Positions 45,701 to 52,719 of a DNA stretch of 64,000 nucleotides are shown here, one piece after another. The position numbers and the translations under genes are program-made. Position 1 is the stretch's first letter; each line of letters begins with the position of its first letter. The DNA lies in assembly GCA_002436205.1 (NCBI GenBank), contig DJKT01000001.1, positions 4,055 through 68,054 on the forward strand. The letters run 5' to 3'. This DNA comes from Candidatus Peribacter sp. UBA6535. GTDB taxonomy: Bacteria; Patescibacteriota; Gracilibacteria; Peribacterales; Peribacteraceae. The notes beneath the pieces are model-generated. The model ran no database searches. It was not told the origin of the DNA and saw only the letters and a program-made list of their open reading frames with translations.

Positions 45701-46638
45701 GTGTACCAAAAGAAGTAGATCAGCTTTCTCCTTGTCGCGAAGATGATCGTTGGCAGTTGGAATCCGAAGCGGAGTCCGCTTGTAAGACACAGAATAAAGT
45801 TCATTACAAAGTAACGGATTACTGTTGGGGTTGTAAAGATGCCAAGTGTGATTCGCCACTCGTTGATCACAGTGGAGCAGCTGCTCTTGAAGCAGATGGT
45901 AGCTATGAGTGTAGTCCGGTACGGGTTGGCAACTTAACGTGTTACGACTGTAAAGAGGTGCAGTCAGATCCACCGCCTCCACAGTGTGACGATGGACTTG
46001 TTTCAGATTGTAGCCTGTGTCCAAGTAATACTGAGTGTGGAGGTCGAAACAGTAATGGCTGCCATATCTGTAACCCTGTAGATACAGGGCCCACTTGCCC
46101 AAGTGGTACAACAGCTAGTGAGTCAGATTGTGAGTCACAGTGTCCGAGTGATGGCACCTGTATAGGAGAAGATGGTTGCTACAGTTGCATAGTCGTGAAC
46201 TGCCCAAGTGGTACCACAAAGAACGAGTGTCCAAGTAGCTGCTCAAATGGTTGTGACGTGGTGGGAGAGCAGCACGGTATCAAGTGTTATCAGTGTAAAC
46301 AGGATTGTGAGTCGGTTTGTGCAGAGAATGACTACGGCCCAGAGAGCACAGATCACTCTAATGCGATCTTAAGTGAGCTGAATGGTTACAACTGTGTATC
46401 TGGTGCAAATATCAGCATTCAGACAGCAACGATTGGCGACTGTCACTGTATTGGAGATTACAGTCTGCAGGTTGATACAACGCCACCTGTTTGTGCGGGT
46501 ACGCCTTGTGGAGATGTGGAGTGTGGTGGATCTGCCAGTTGCCCTGGTGGACCGAATGAGACCATTACCGTGAACTGTAACTGGGGTGGATGGGAGAAAT
46601 TACAGAAGCATCAGTTCCGTCCTGTCGTCGGAAATTAA
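42781..46638 (+). CDS. Giant secreted protein (1285 aa): duplicated coiled-coil module plus a Cys-rich C-terminal half
   Basis: ORF trimmed to ATG 42781 (signal peptide ...NPAYAFA). An internal duplication of about 200 aa (YVESEGRRYDSSD..DDPDVAKELE twice). Motifs of the type CDDGDECTEDECDPETGEC and dozens of Cys in the C-terminal part. Confidence 0.8.
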   Translation: MNALRRFLVTFLTGVLLCNPAYAFAQDVRAGIDFFGSGPSEFHVDSFFDVFTELAVPDVLCDPCDAIEAEIAQKEAEIEGLKEDLGTLEGWLDDIAGDIEDAQSDLEDAQADLDEFTDPQNYVESEGRRYDSSDNAAMNRRNANLWDAYKAGDLTAHEYSDEVGKPYDDPDVAKELEKLKKEIKKEMEEAVKDAKSQVEDLKEKQKEWNELGAEMTAELEECLTKLEELIKALEECKKQCKKGKVKIEDLGVIPEERGLFDSFFDIFIDLFSGPPLVLPGGTDTIVERLDPDAQPPGSDTVPIELVELQLQSFEPVVVGLNDPIKILPPPKCQLCDPLAKDIAAKEAALKKLKQELANAQAALLVLDGLIGIGEGMLEDAKENLEDLQNPSDYVESEGRRYDSSDHAAMKIRNQRLWGEYKAGKLSAQGLSDEWAKPFDDPDVAKELEEIKKDLAEELEDAIDSIEDSIDTLKKQKADLEKDIEDMKKEIAECEKKLAEMRQKYEECQKKCVAKVEDAFDDFFDDLPPLFVDGFESGDTTRWSQAIGDTDDKDEEDEEDNDDEGFLCGTLGLFCPSDPIPTLGAFADCVVERSSDPFCTNNFDQNGDGQTNTVDIELVALSLVSTEPITVGGELWDVQVDLSGMDGNTGSMSIEDLRLGSECFGGGPCDGLGVTLPPDLSTVPLDLSGNDFQPQLSGGNDVLLGDPLSDDFIGVGGVNNVDFADNPIPADFFGPGSAPFDGTVDLLPFGAPGPGSDLPPLVLPDPVQPPPEQVPQAVKDLIAKIIRDNPLGPCEQLIINVRRIRIGNRVSYTVTATRTRDESACPPAVCPPQTHFQSIGTGCDACQNGNAGCTVIETLPDGTNCMLCAPPSDDQDDIDLDDGDGYENDGGGDDLCEDISCDDGDECTEDECDPETGECHNTPIDGCGDPVFDCSNNDLLPFDSKTECQAGSPLCPSSTAECQSHSTPNGTCWGCVPKEVDQLSPCREDDRWQLESEAESACKTQNKVHYKVTDYCWGCKDAKCDSPLVDHSGAAALEADGSYECSPVRVGNLTCYDCKEVQSDPPPPQCDDGLVSDCSLCPSNTECGGRNSNGCHICNPVDTGPTCPSGTTASESDCESQCPSDGTCIGEDGCYSCIVVNCPSGTTKNECPSSCSNGCDVVGEQHGIKCYQCKQDCESVCAENDYGPESTDHSNAILSELNGYNCVSGANISIQTATIGDCHCIGDYSLQVDTTPPVCAGTPCGDVECGGSASCPGGPNETITVNCNWGGWEKLQKHQFRPVVGN

Positions 46639-46655
46639 GATTAGGGCATAGCGCG

Positions 46656-46684
46656 AAATGGGTCACAGTATTGTGATCCATTTC
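46656..46684 (+). terminator. Rho-independent terminator-like hairpin
   Basis: AAATGGGTCACA-GTAT-TGTGATCCATTT (12-bp stem with one G:T), then a T-rich tail. Confidence 0.6.
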
Positions 46685-46906
46685 TTGCTATTATGAATTC
46701 ATGCGAAAATTTATCCTTGCTCTCCTAAGCAACCAGAGCAGATAACGCTTTTAGATGGAACACCTGCAGTACTTGAGGATCTGATTGATGGTCGGGCTGC
46801 AATCATTAACTTTTGGGCTACAACATGCCCTTTTTGCAAAGACGAACTTCCACATTTTGAAGAGATCGCTAATGCACATCCCGAGATTGCAGTTATCGGA
46901 ATCAAC

Positions 46907-48112
46907 TTGCAGGAAAGTCCAAAGGCAGCGCTCAAGTACTGGACTGATGGGGGATATAGCTTTCCGACGTTGCTTGATCCAAGCTCTGAACTCAAAGCAC
47001 ACTTCGATGTCTTTACGCAGCCAACGACATTTTATTTGGATGCGCAGGGAAATGAAGTAAGTAAGAAAAACGGTCCTATGAGTGGGGAAGAGATAGAGAG
47101 GAGGATGGGGGAGCTACTTGAGGGGGATATCGAAGAGAGCGAAGATGGCGAGGAGTATGAAGAGAGGCAAATTCGAAATTCGAAATTCGAAATTCGAATT
47201 TCTCCTGTACCTTCATCATTATCAAAATGGTATCAAGGTAAAGTTAATCATTTAATCCCACTACAGGAGATACTATCCGGTGGTCCTCCTAAAGATGGAA
47301 TTCCATCAATAGATGATCCTCAGTTCCTTCTTTCGCGTGAGGTAGATTTCTTGGAAGATGATGATGTTGGGATATTGGTAGAGCTTGATGGTCACGTAAA
47401 GTTTTATCCGTATGCAATTTTAAACTGGCATGAGATAGTGAACGATCGAATGGCTGGAGAAGATATCACAGTTTCATACTGTCCACTCTGTGCTACAGGC
47501 GTTGTGTACAGCAGCCTTATTTCTGAGGGTAGCAGTGAATTTGGCGTATCGGGATTTCTCTATCAGTCGAATTTACTAATGTATGATCGTGCTACAGATT
47601 CACTCTGGAATCAGGTGACAGGACAGGCGGTTGTAGGACCACTCACTGGAGAGTATTTGCATCGCATCAAGAGTGATATTGTTCGATACAGTGCAGCCAA
47701 GGAAGCCTCTTTGGATCTTCTCGTCCTTTCTACAGATACAGGGCATAGCAGAGACTACAGTCGTACGCCGTATGCAGGGTATGAGACAGAAGAGCGAACG
47801 ATCTTTCCCACAAATGCTGCAGGGGATAATCGTCTCCATCCAAAAGCTATTGTTTATGGTGTGACGATTGACGATAAAGCATTGGCAATCTCAGAAGACT
47901 TCATCCTCGATCGAGGAGTATTCCAGGGGTATCTAGGAGAAGGAGTGCAAAAGATCCCGTTGCAGATAGAGTACGATTCACGTACAGAGCGCCTCAAGAT
48001 CACGCGCTTTTACAAAGACGAGCCCGGTCGTAGGGAGGAGCTGGTTCTCATTCCTGCATTCTGGTTCTCTTGGCTTTCGATGTATCCGGAGACAAAGCTG
48101 ATGGCAAAATAG
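46907..48112 (+). CDS. TlpA-like thioredoxin domain fused to a DUF3179 domain (5' end unresolved; homology continues upstream to 46697)
   Basis: DUF3179 pattern DGIPSIDDPQF...YPYAILNWHEIVND...VSYCPLCATG. The same frame upstream of the TTG at 46907 encodes AIINFWATTCPFCKDELPHF (CxxC) but has no ATG/GTG/TTG. Confidence 0.7.
   Translation: MQESPKAALKYWTDGGYSFPTLLDPSSELKAHFDVFTQPTTFYLDAQGNEVSKKNGPMSGEEIERRMGELLEGDIEESEDGEEYEERQIRNSKFEIRISPVPSSLSKWYQGKVNHLIPLQEILSGGPPKDGIPSIDDPQFLLSREVDFLEDDDVGILVELDGHVKFYPYAILNWHEIVNDRMAGEDITVSYCPLCATGVVYSSLISEGSSEFGVSGFLYQSNLLMYDRATDSLWNQVTGQAVVGPLTGEYLHRIKSDIVRYSAAKEASLDLLVLSTDTGHSRDYSRTPYAGYETEERTIFPTNAAGDNRLHPKAIVYGVTIDDKALAISEDFILDRGVFQGYLGEGVQKIPLQIEYDSRTERLKITRFYKDEPGRREELVLIPAFWFSWLSMYPETKLMAK
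47170..47197. repeat. (AATTCGA)x4 heptanucleotide tandem repeat in the Trx-DUF3179 linker
   Basis: Four perfect units, translated as IRNSKFEIRI. Confidence 0.9.
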
Positions 48113-48127
48113 TATATACTTTCTCGT

Positions 48128-49903
48128 ATGTACGATCAGGAGGTTCAAGCGGCTCCTCGTGTTTCCAAACGAAACATTCTCTTGTTTGGTCTCGCAATTG
48201 TTGGATTGATGCTCTTGGTCTATGGGTCGATATTGAATGCGGAGTTTGTTCGGTGGGATGATGATTTGCTGGTATTCGAAAATCCTGCAGTTCGCACAAT
48301 GACCCCTTGGTCGATCAAGCAAATTTTTACGACGTACGATCCGGAGCTCTATATCCCGCTCACACTTTTTAGCTATCAATTAAACGTTCTCGTAGGAGGC
48401 CTTGATCCGTTTGTCTATCACCTCACCAATCTCTTGTTGCATGCAGCAAGTGCTTTAGTACTCAGTGGCATTGTTCTTCTTCTCACACGAAAACGACTGG
48501 TTGCAGCAGTTACCGGAGTACTGTTTGCGATTCACCCGCTGCATACAGAAGCTGTCGCGTGGGTAAGTGCACGCAAAGATGTGCTCTCGATGACGTTTTT
48601 CCTTCTTAGCATTCTTTGTTACCTGCTGTATCAAGATCGTGATAGAAGAAAGTGGTTTCATTACAGTCTCGCATTCTTTGTGTGTGCATTACTTTCTAAA
48701 GTGATCGCTATCACATTACCGATTGTTCTTATCCTGCTGGATTTACAGAAAAAAAAGACAGTCAAAGAATCTCTTCTTCGAGACAAAATTCCCTTCTTTG
48801 TGCTCAGCGTTATCTTTGGAATAATCGCGGTCTTTGGAAAATCGGGACAGGCAAGTGTCACGACGCCATTTGAAACGGTGGTGATGGCAAGTCGCAGCAT
48901 GGTCTTCTATCTGGGTAAGATCTTTGCCCCCTTCAATCTATCGGTGATCTATCCGGAGTCTGGATCAATCAGCTTGGGCAATCCTACCTTTTTGATTGCA
49001 GCTATTTTGGTCATTGCGATTACTATCGCTGCGTTTTTACTGCGTAACAGATTCAGAATTCTGGCGACGAGTTGGCTCTTCTTTTTGGTTACTCTCGGGC
49101 CAACATTCCCACTCTACCGTAAAGGGTTTGAGGGAGGGGATGTGTACTTTGCTTCCGATCGCTATGCGTATATTCCATCGATTGGGATCATTGTCCTCCT
49201 GGTCGTGGTGCTTCATCATCTTCTTAGGCGATGGAGACATGGCTTCTTGGTGGCTTCTATTTTACTTATTGCTTCTTGTTCGTGGCTCTCGTATAAACAA
49301 TCGCGGCATTGGGAGAATAGCGAGGCACTCTTTACCAATGCCTTGTCGCTGTATCCAATGGCGCAAGCCGCGCATAACAATCTCGGCATGGTGTATTACA
49401 TCAAAGGAGATCTGACAAAAGCACAGGAGCATTTTGAAGAGGCCATTACCATACGACCTCTTGCCAGTACGTATGCGAACTTAGGTTCGCTCTATCGACG
49501 CAAGGGGGATCTTTCGACTGCACTTGGTGCGTATCAAACGGCTATCAAGATGAGCCCTTCAGAGCGTGATGCCTACTTTGGTCTGGGTATTCTTTTTGCC
49601 CAAGCAGGAAGAATTTCTGAGTCTGAACTTGCGTACCAAAAAGCAATTGCTATAAGACCTTCGGACGCTTCTACCTACTTAAATCTTGGAGGACTCTATG
49701 CACAGGCAGGGGAGTGGAGTGCAGCGATTGATCAATATCTATTGGCACTGGAACGGAATCCCTACTATGCAAACGCATACTTTAATCTAGGGATGGCGTA
49801 CAAGAAACTTGGTCGCATGGAGGAGGCAAAGGAGGCGTTTACCAAAGCATTGCAGTATGATTCTTCAATGGAGCCAGCTAGAGGGCAGCTTATTGGGCTT
49901 TAA
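48128..49903 (+). CDS. Membrane GT-C-like (TMTC/PMT-type) protein with C-terminal TPR repeats
   Basis: N-terminal FVRWDDDLLVFENP motif, about 10 TM segments, and a C-terminal series of 34-aa TPR units (A..NLG..Y...G....A...F..A). Confidence 0.75.
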   Translation: MYDQEVQAAPRVSKRNILLFGLAIVGLMLLVYGSILNAEFVRWDDDLLVFENPAVRTMTPWSIKQIFTTYDPELYIPLTLFSYQLNVLVGGLDPFVYHLTNLLLHAASALVLSGIVLLLTRKRLVAAVTGVLFAIHPLHTEAVAWVSARKDVLSMTFFLLSILCYLLYQDRDRRKWFHYSLAFFVCALLSKVIAITLPIVLILLDLQKKKTVKESLLRDKIPFFVLSVIFGIIAVFGKSGQASVTTPFETVVMASRSMVFYLGKIFAPFNLSVIYPESGSISLGNPTFLIAAILVIAITIAAFLLRNRFRILATSWLFFLVTLGPTFPLYRKGFEGGDVYFASDRYAYIPSIGIIVLLVVVLHHLLRRWRHGFLVASILLIASCSWLSYKQSRHWENSEALFTNALSLYPMAQAAHNNLGMVYYIKGDLTKAQEHFEEAITIRPLASTYANLGSLYRRKGDLSTALGAYQTAIKMSPSERDAYFGLGILFAQAGRISESELAYQKAIAIRPSDASTYLNLGGLYAQAGEWSAAIDQYLLALERNPYYANAYFNLGMAYKKLGRMEEAKEAFTKALQYDSSMEPARGQLIGL

Positions 49904-49929
49904 GTGGAGTGGGCAGTATGAGTTTATCT

Positions 49930-50256
49930 TTATGCGGCCAACTGGTTCATTGCCTCTCCTCGCAATTTTTCGATGGCTTCATTGATCAACTCTTTAGATA
50001 CAATTACGGTGGTTTCATCAAAAGCAGGATCGCTCACAATGTTTAGTCGATTACCGCGGTTTGGTTGGTGTGTTTCAAACTGAAGGCTACCAACTTCATT
50101 GATGTTGCTTTGCACTGTATCGATCAATTCGCCGATAGTTCGCACAGTCTTTTCTTCGGTAAGAGCTACCAATGCATTTGCGACGCCTTTCATTTCTGCG
50201 CCCAAAGTGCCGTAGATAGTGCCTGCTATCGGTGGTTGGTGAGGTACGTTTTCCAT
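49930..50256 (-). CDS. Hypothetical protein (108 aa)
   Basis: Clean ORF with no overlapping alternative. No motif recognised. Confidence 0.45.
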   Translation of the reverse strand: MENVPHQPPIAGTIYGTLGAEMKGVANALVALTEEKTVRTIGELIDTVQSNINEVGSLQFETHQPNRGNRLNIVSDPAFDETTVIVSKELINEAIEKLRGEAMNQLAA

Positions 50257-50448
50257 CGGCTTTTATAGTACACTAAAATTACTATTTGTCAATGCAGCAA
50301 GCCCGGGGGTGTATCTCGTATTCCTAATGTAAATTGTTGTATAACACAGAAAATGTGTTATTGTCGGGTCGTAAGCTTAGTTTTGAAGGAGGTAGAGATG
50401 CTTCTCGAGGGATTCCGATTACATTTCTATTTATTTCATCCTATTATT

Positions 50449-50643
50449 ATGGATACAGGTACTATTAAGAAGCTGCTCAATGGCTTCGGCTTCATCGCTC
50501 GCGAGGGTGGTGACGATCTATTCTTCCACTCAGCAGATCTTGTTGATGTGCAGTTCGATGATCTCCAAGAGGGAGACAGCGTTTCGTACAAGGAAGGTAG
50601 CGGTCCTAAGGGACCAAAGGCAGAAGAGGTTACAAAAGTATAA
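50449..50643 (+). CDS. Cold-shock domain protein
   Basis: ORF trimmed to ATG 50449. GFGFI (RNP1-like) and DLFFH (RNP2-like) motifs. 64 aa, with a long 5' leader as in the cspA family. Confidence 0.88.
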   Translation: MDTGTIKKLLNGFGFIAREGGDDLFFHSADLVDVQFDDLQEGDSVSYKEGSGPKGPKAEEVTKV

Positions 50644-50662
50644 TTCTCTTAAATCTTAGAAA

Positions 50663-50692
50663 GCACACGAGTGAACTGCTCGTGTGTTTTTT
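50663..50692 (+). terminator. Rho-independent terminator of the csp gene
   Basis: CACACGAG-TGAACTG-CTCGTGTG stem-loop followed by T6. Confidence 0.8.
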
Positions 50693-50808
50693 ATTGGAGC
50701 GGGCGAGCACCACGTCGCGCGGCTCCTCTGTACTGCCTTTTATCCGATTCACTTCCTCATTTCATTCGTCGTTCATCGCATAAAAGCTCCATCATTGCAA
50801 AGCAATGC

Positions 50809-50883
50809 TGGAGCGGGCGAGCGGAATCGAACCGCCATCATCAGCTTGGAAGGCTGGGATAATAACCATTATACGACGCCCGC
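50809..50883 (-). tRNA. tRNA-Gly (anticodon UCC), CCA encoded
   Basis: Minus strand: GCGGGCG acceptor stem pairing with CGCCCGC, anticodon loop CUUCCAA, T-arm GGCGG-TTCGATT-CCGCT, 3' TCCA. 75 nt. Confidence 0.9.
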
Positions 50884-50911
50884 TTGTTTTAAAAGAACTC
50901 TGATATCTTAT

Positions 50912-51184
50912 TCAAAAGGCTTCTTTCTGTGAAGCGATTTTCATTACCTTCTCTTCGCTTATCTTTGCCCACGGATGACAACTGAGGAGCCTTTTGATTA
51001 TCAGTATTGATCCTACGATCAACCCTCGTTTTGCAAGTATTTGTTTGCCGTATTCACTGCAGGTGGGCTCATGTCTGCAGAATCCATAGGGGTGCATACT
51101 TTTTAGGGCCCCGTGATCTGGTGACAGTGTTTTCTGGTAGAGCTCTATAAGCCTGATTGCCGTATTGCGCGGGAACTGCATCAT
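50912..51184 (-). CDS. yidD: Membrane protein insertion efficiency factor YidD
   Basis: LIELYQKTLSP....CRHEPTCSEYGKQ...G...G..L...RLLSCHPW pattern. Start trimmed to the Met at 51184. Confidence 0.85.
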   Translation of the reverse strand: MMQFPRNTAIRLIELYQKTLSPDHGALKSMHPYGFCRHEPTCSEYGKQILAKRGLIVGSILIIKRLLSCHPWAKISEEKVMKIASQKEAF

Positions 51185-51200
51185 ATGTACTCTAGTGTAC

Positions 51201-51473
51201 ATGGAAACAATCGTTACCAGTGCAGATGTCCTCATGTATCTTCAGATTACGGTAGGTGTATTGCTCGTTATCGTTCTCTATCATGTGTTATTTATTACGG
51301 TAGATCTACGAAAGGTGCTGCGAAGGCTAGAGGTTATTACCAATGAGGTAGAGAACATCATCATGAAACCTATTAATGCTGCAGATCAAATCCTTGAGGC
51401 GATATTAAGTTTTGTAGAGTCCCAATCAAAAGAGAAGCCAAAGAAGAAGAAATCTACCAAAAAAAAGAAATAG
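51201..51473 (+). CDS. Small membrane-anchored protein with a Lys-rich tail
   Basis: ORF trimmed to ATG 51201. One N-terminal TM, a helical segment, and a KEKPKKKKSTKKKK tail. Confidence 0.5.
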   Translation: METIVTSADVLMYLQITVGVLLVIVLYHVLFITVDLRKVLRRLEVITNEVENIIMKPINAADQILEAILSFVESQSKEKPKKKKSTKKKK

Positions 51474-51476
51474 GGT

Positions 51477-51782
51477 ATGGCAGTCAAGAAAAAATCGTTC
51501 GGCAAAACTCAGAGCAAGGAACCGGATACAAAGGGTATCATAAAGACGATGCGGAGTTTGGATCGTCATATGGAAATGTTGGCTAGTCACTACCAGCCAC
51601 GTCGTTATCTTTGGATGGGATTCATCCGTGGAATTGTCTACGGTCTTGGTATTATTGTTTCTATTGCTATTGTACTTCCATTTCTTCTCGCAATTTTAAG
51701 TACGATAGATTGGATCCCATACGTGGGGGATCTTATTTCAGAAATAGTGTTTCGGATGGAATCTGCACAGCGTCCGTACTAG
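51477..51782 (+). CDS. Small membrane protein (DUF5665-like?)
   Basis: 101 aa with a basic N-terminus and a hydrophobic hairpin (GFIRGIVYGLGIIVSIAIVLPFLLAIL). Confidence 0.5.
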   Translation: MAVKKKSFGKTQSKEPDTKGIIKTMRSLDRHMEMLASHYQPRRYLWMGFIRGIVYGLGIIVSIAIVLPFLLAILSTIDWIPYVGDLISEIVFRMESAQRPY

Positions 51783-52270
51783 ATAGACTGCTTATCAATA
51801 AAGACTCGAATAAAGAGTCTTTTCAGCACATCAACAGATGTTTCCATCAGCTCTGCCAGCAAACTGTTTAAGCGGCGGATTTTGCCATAGAGATCGTTGA
51901 GCTGGTTGGCGGAACCAGGCTTACTGGCACGAAATGCTTTGCGCCGTACCTGTTTGCGCAGACCTTTGATTTCTTTTTGAATGTACTTTCCAAGCTCCTT
52001 TCGCATCTGGGGAGTATCAGGCAAATTCGCAATAGCCTGTGCACGAGTAGATACTGCAGAGCCATCTCCTTTTCCAGCCCCCTTTGTCCCACCAGAAGAG
52101 CCACCCATATCACCGGATTTATCTTCTCCCATACGCTCAGAAACCTTATCCATTAACGAAATGGTTTCGAGTAATCCTTCGAAGTTTTCAGGTTGTGTAA
52201 CAACCAGGTTTTTACTTTCTGCGGATTCTGTTTGTTGTGCCTGTTTTTCTGGGGATGCTCCACTTGGCAT
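51779..52270 (-). CDS. Hypothetical protein (163 aa)
   Basis: Clean ORF with a Gly/Ser-rich middle and a basic helical C-terminus. No family recognised. Confidence 0.5.
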   Translation of the reverse strand: MPSGASPEKQAQQTESAESKNLVVTQPENFEGLLETISLMDKVSERMGEDKSGDMGGSSGGTKGAGKGDGSAVSTRAQAIANLPDTPQMRKELGKYIQKEIKGLRKQVRRKAFRASKPGSANQLNDLYGKIRRLNSLLAELMETSVDVLKRLFIRVFIDKQSI

Positions 52271-52377
52271 AGTTCTATTGTCTCATGTTTTAGCCAAAAA
52301 ATCAATGTTGATTCGGCGATTCACAAGCGAATTCCTAGCCGTTTGCGGGATTGAGAGAAGTTCGGTACGCTCGGATC

Positions 52378-52719
52378 ATGAGTGAACCGACTATATTCCA
52401 CAAGATCATTGCCGGAGAGATCTCCAGTGACAAGGTCTTCGAGACCGAAGAGGTATTAGGCTTTAAGGATATTCATCCCAAAGCACCGACGCATGTTCTC
52501 TTTATTGCGAAGAAGGAGGAAGATTTTGTGGATTCCATTATTAATCTCACAGAGGAAACGGCGCATGTCCCCGGGAAACTCGTCAGGGCTGCTCAGGAGT
52601 TTGCTGCGCAGAAGGGGATCGAAGGATACAAGCTCACCTTCCACTGTGGTAAGGGTGGTGGGCAGGAGGTGTTTTACCTGCACCTACATCTAATGAGTCA
52701 GGAGACTTACGCGGAGTAA
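52378..52719 (+). CDS. HIT-family (Hint-like) nucleotide hydrolase
   Basis: IFHKIIAGEI start and the histidine triad HLHLHL. Confidence 0.9.
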   Translation: MSEPTIFHKIIAGEISSDKVFETEEVLGFKDIHPKAPTHVLFIAKKEEDFVDSIINLTEETAHVPGKLVRAAQEFAAQKGIEGYKLTFHCGKGGGQEVFYLHLHLMSQETYAE

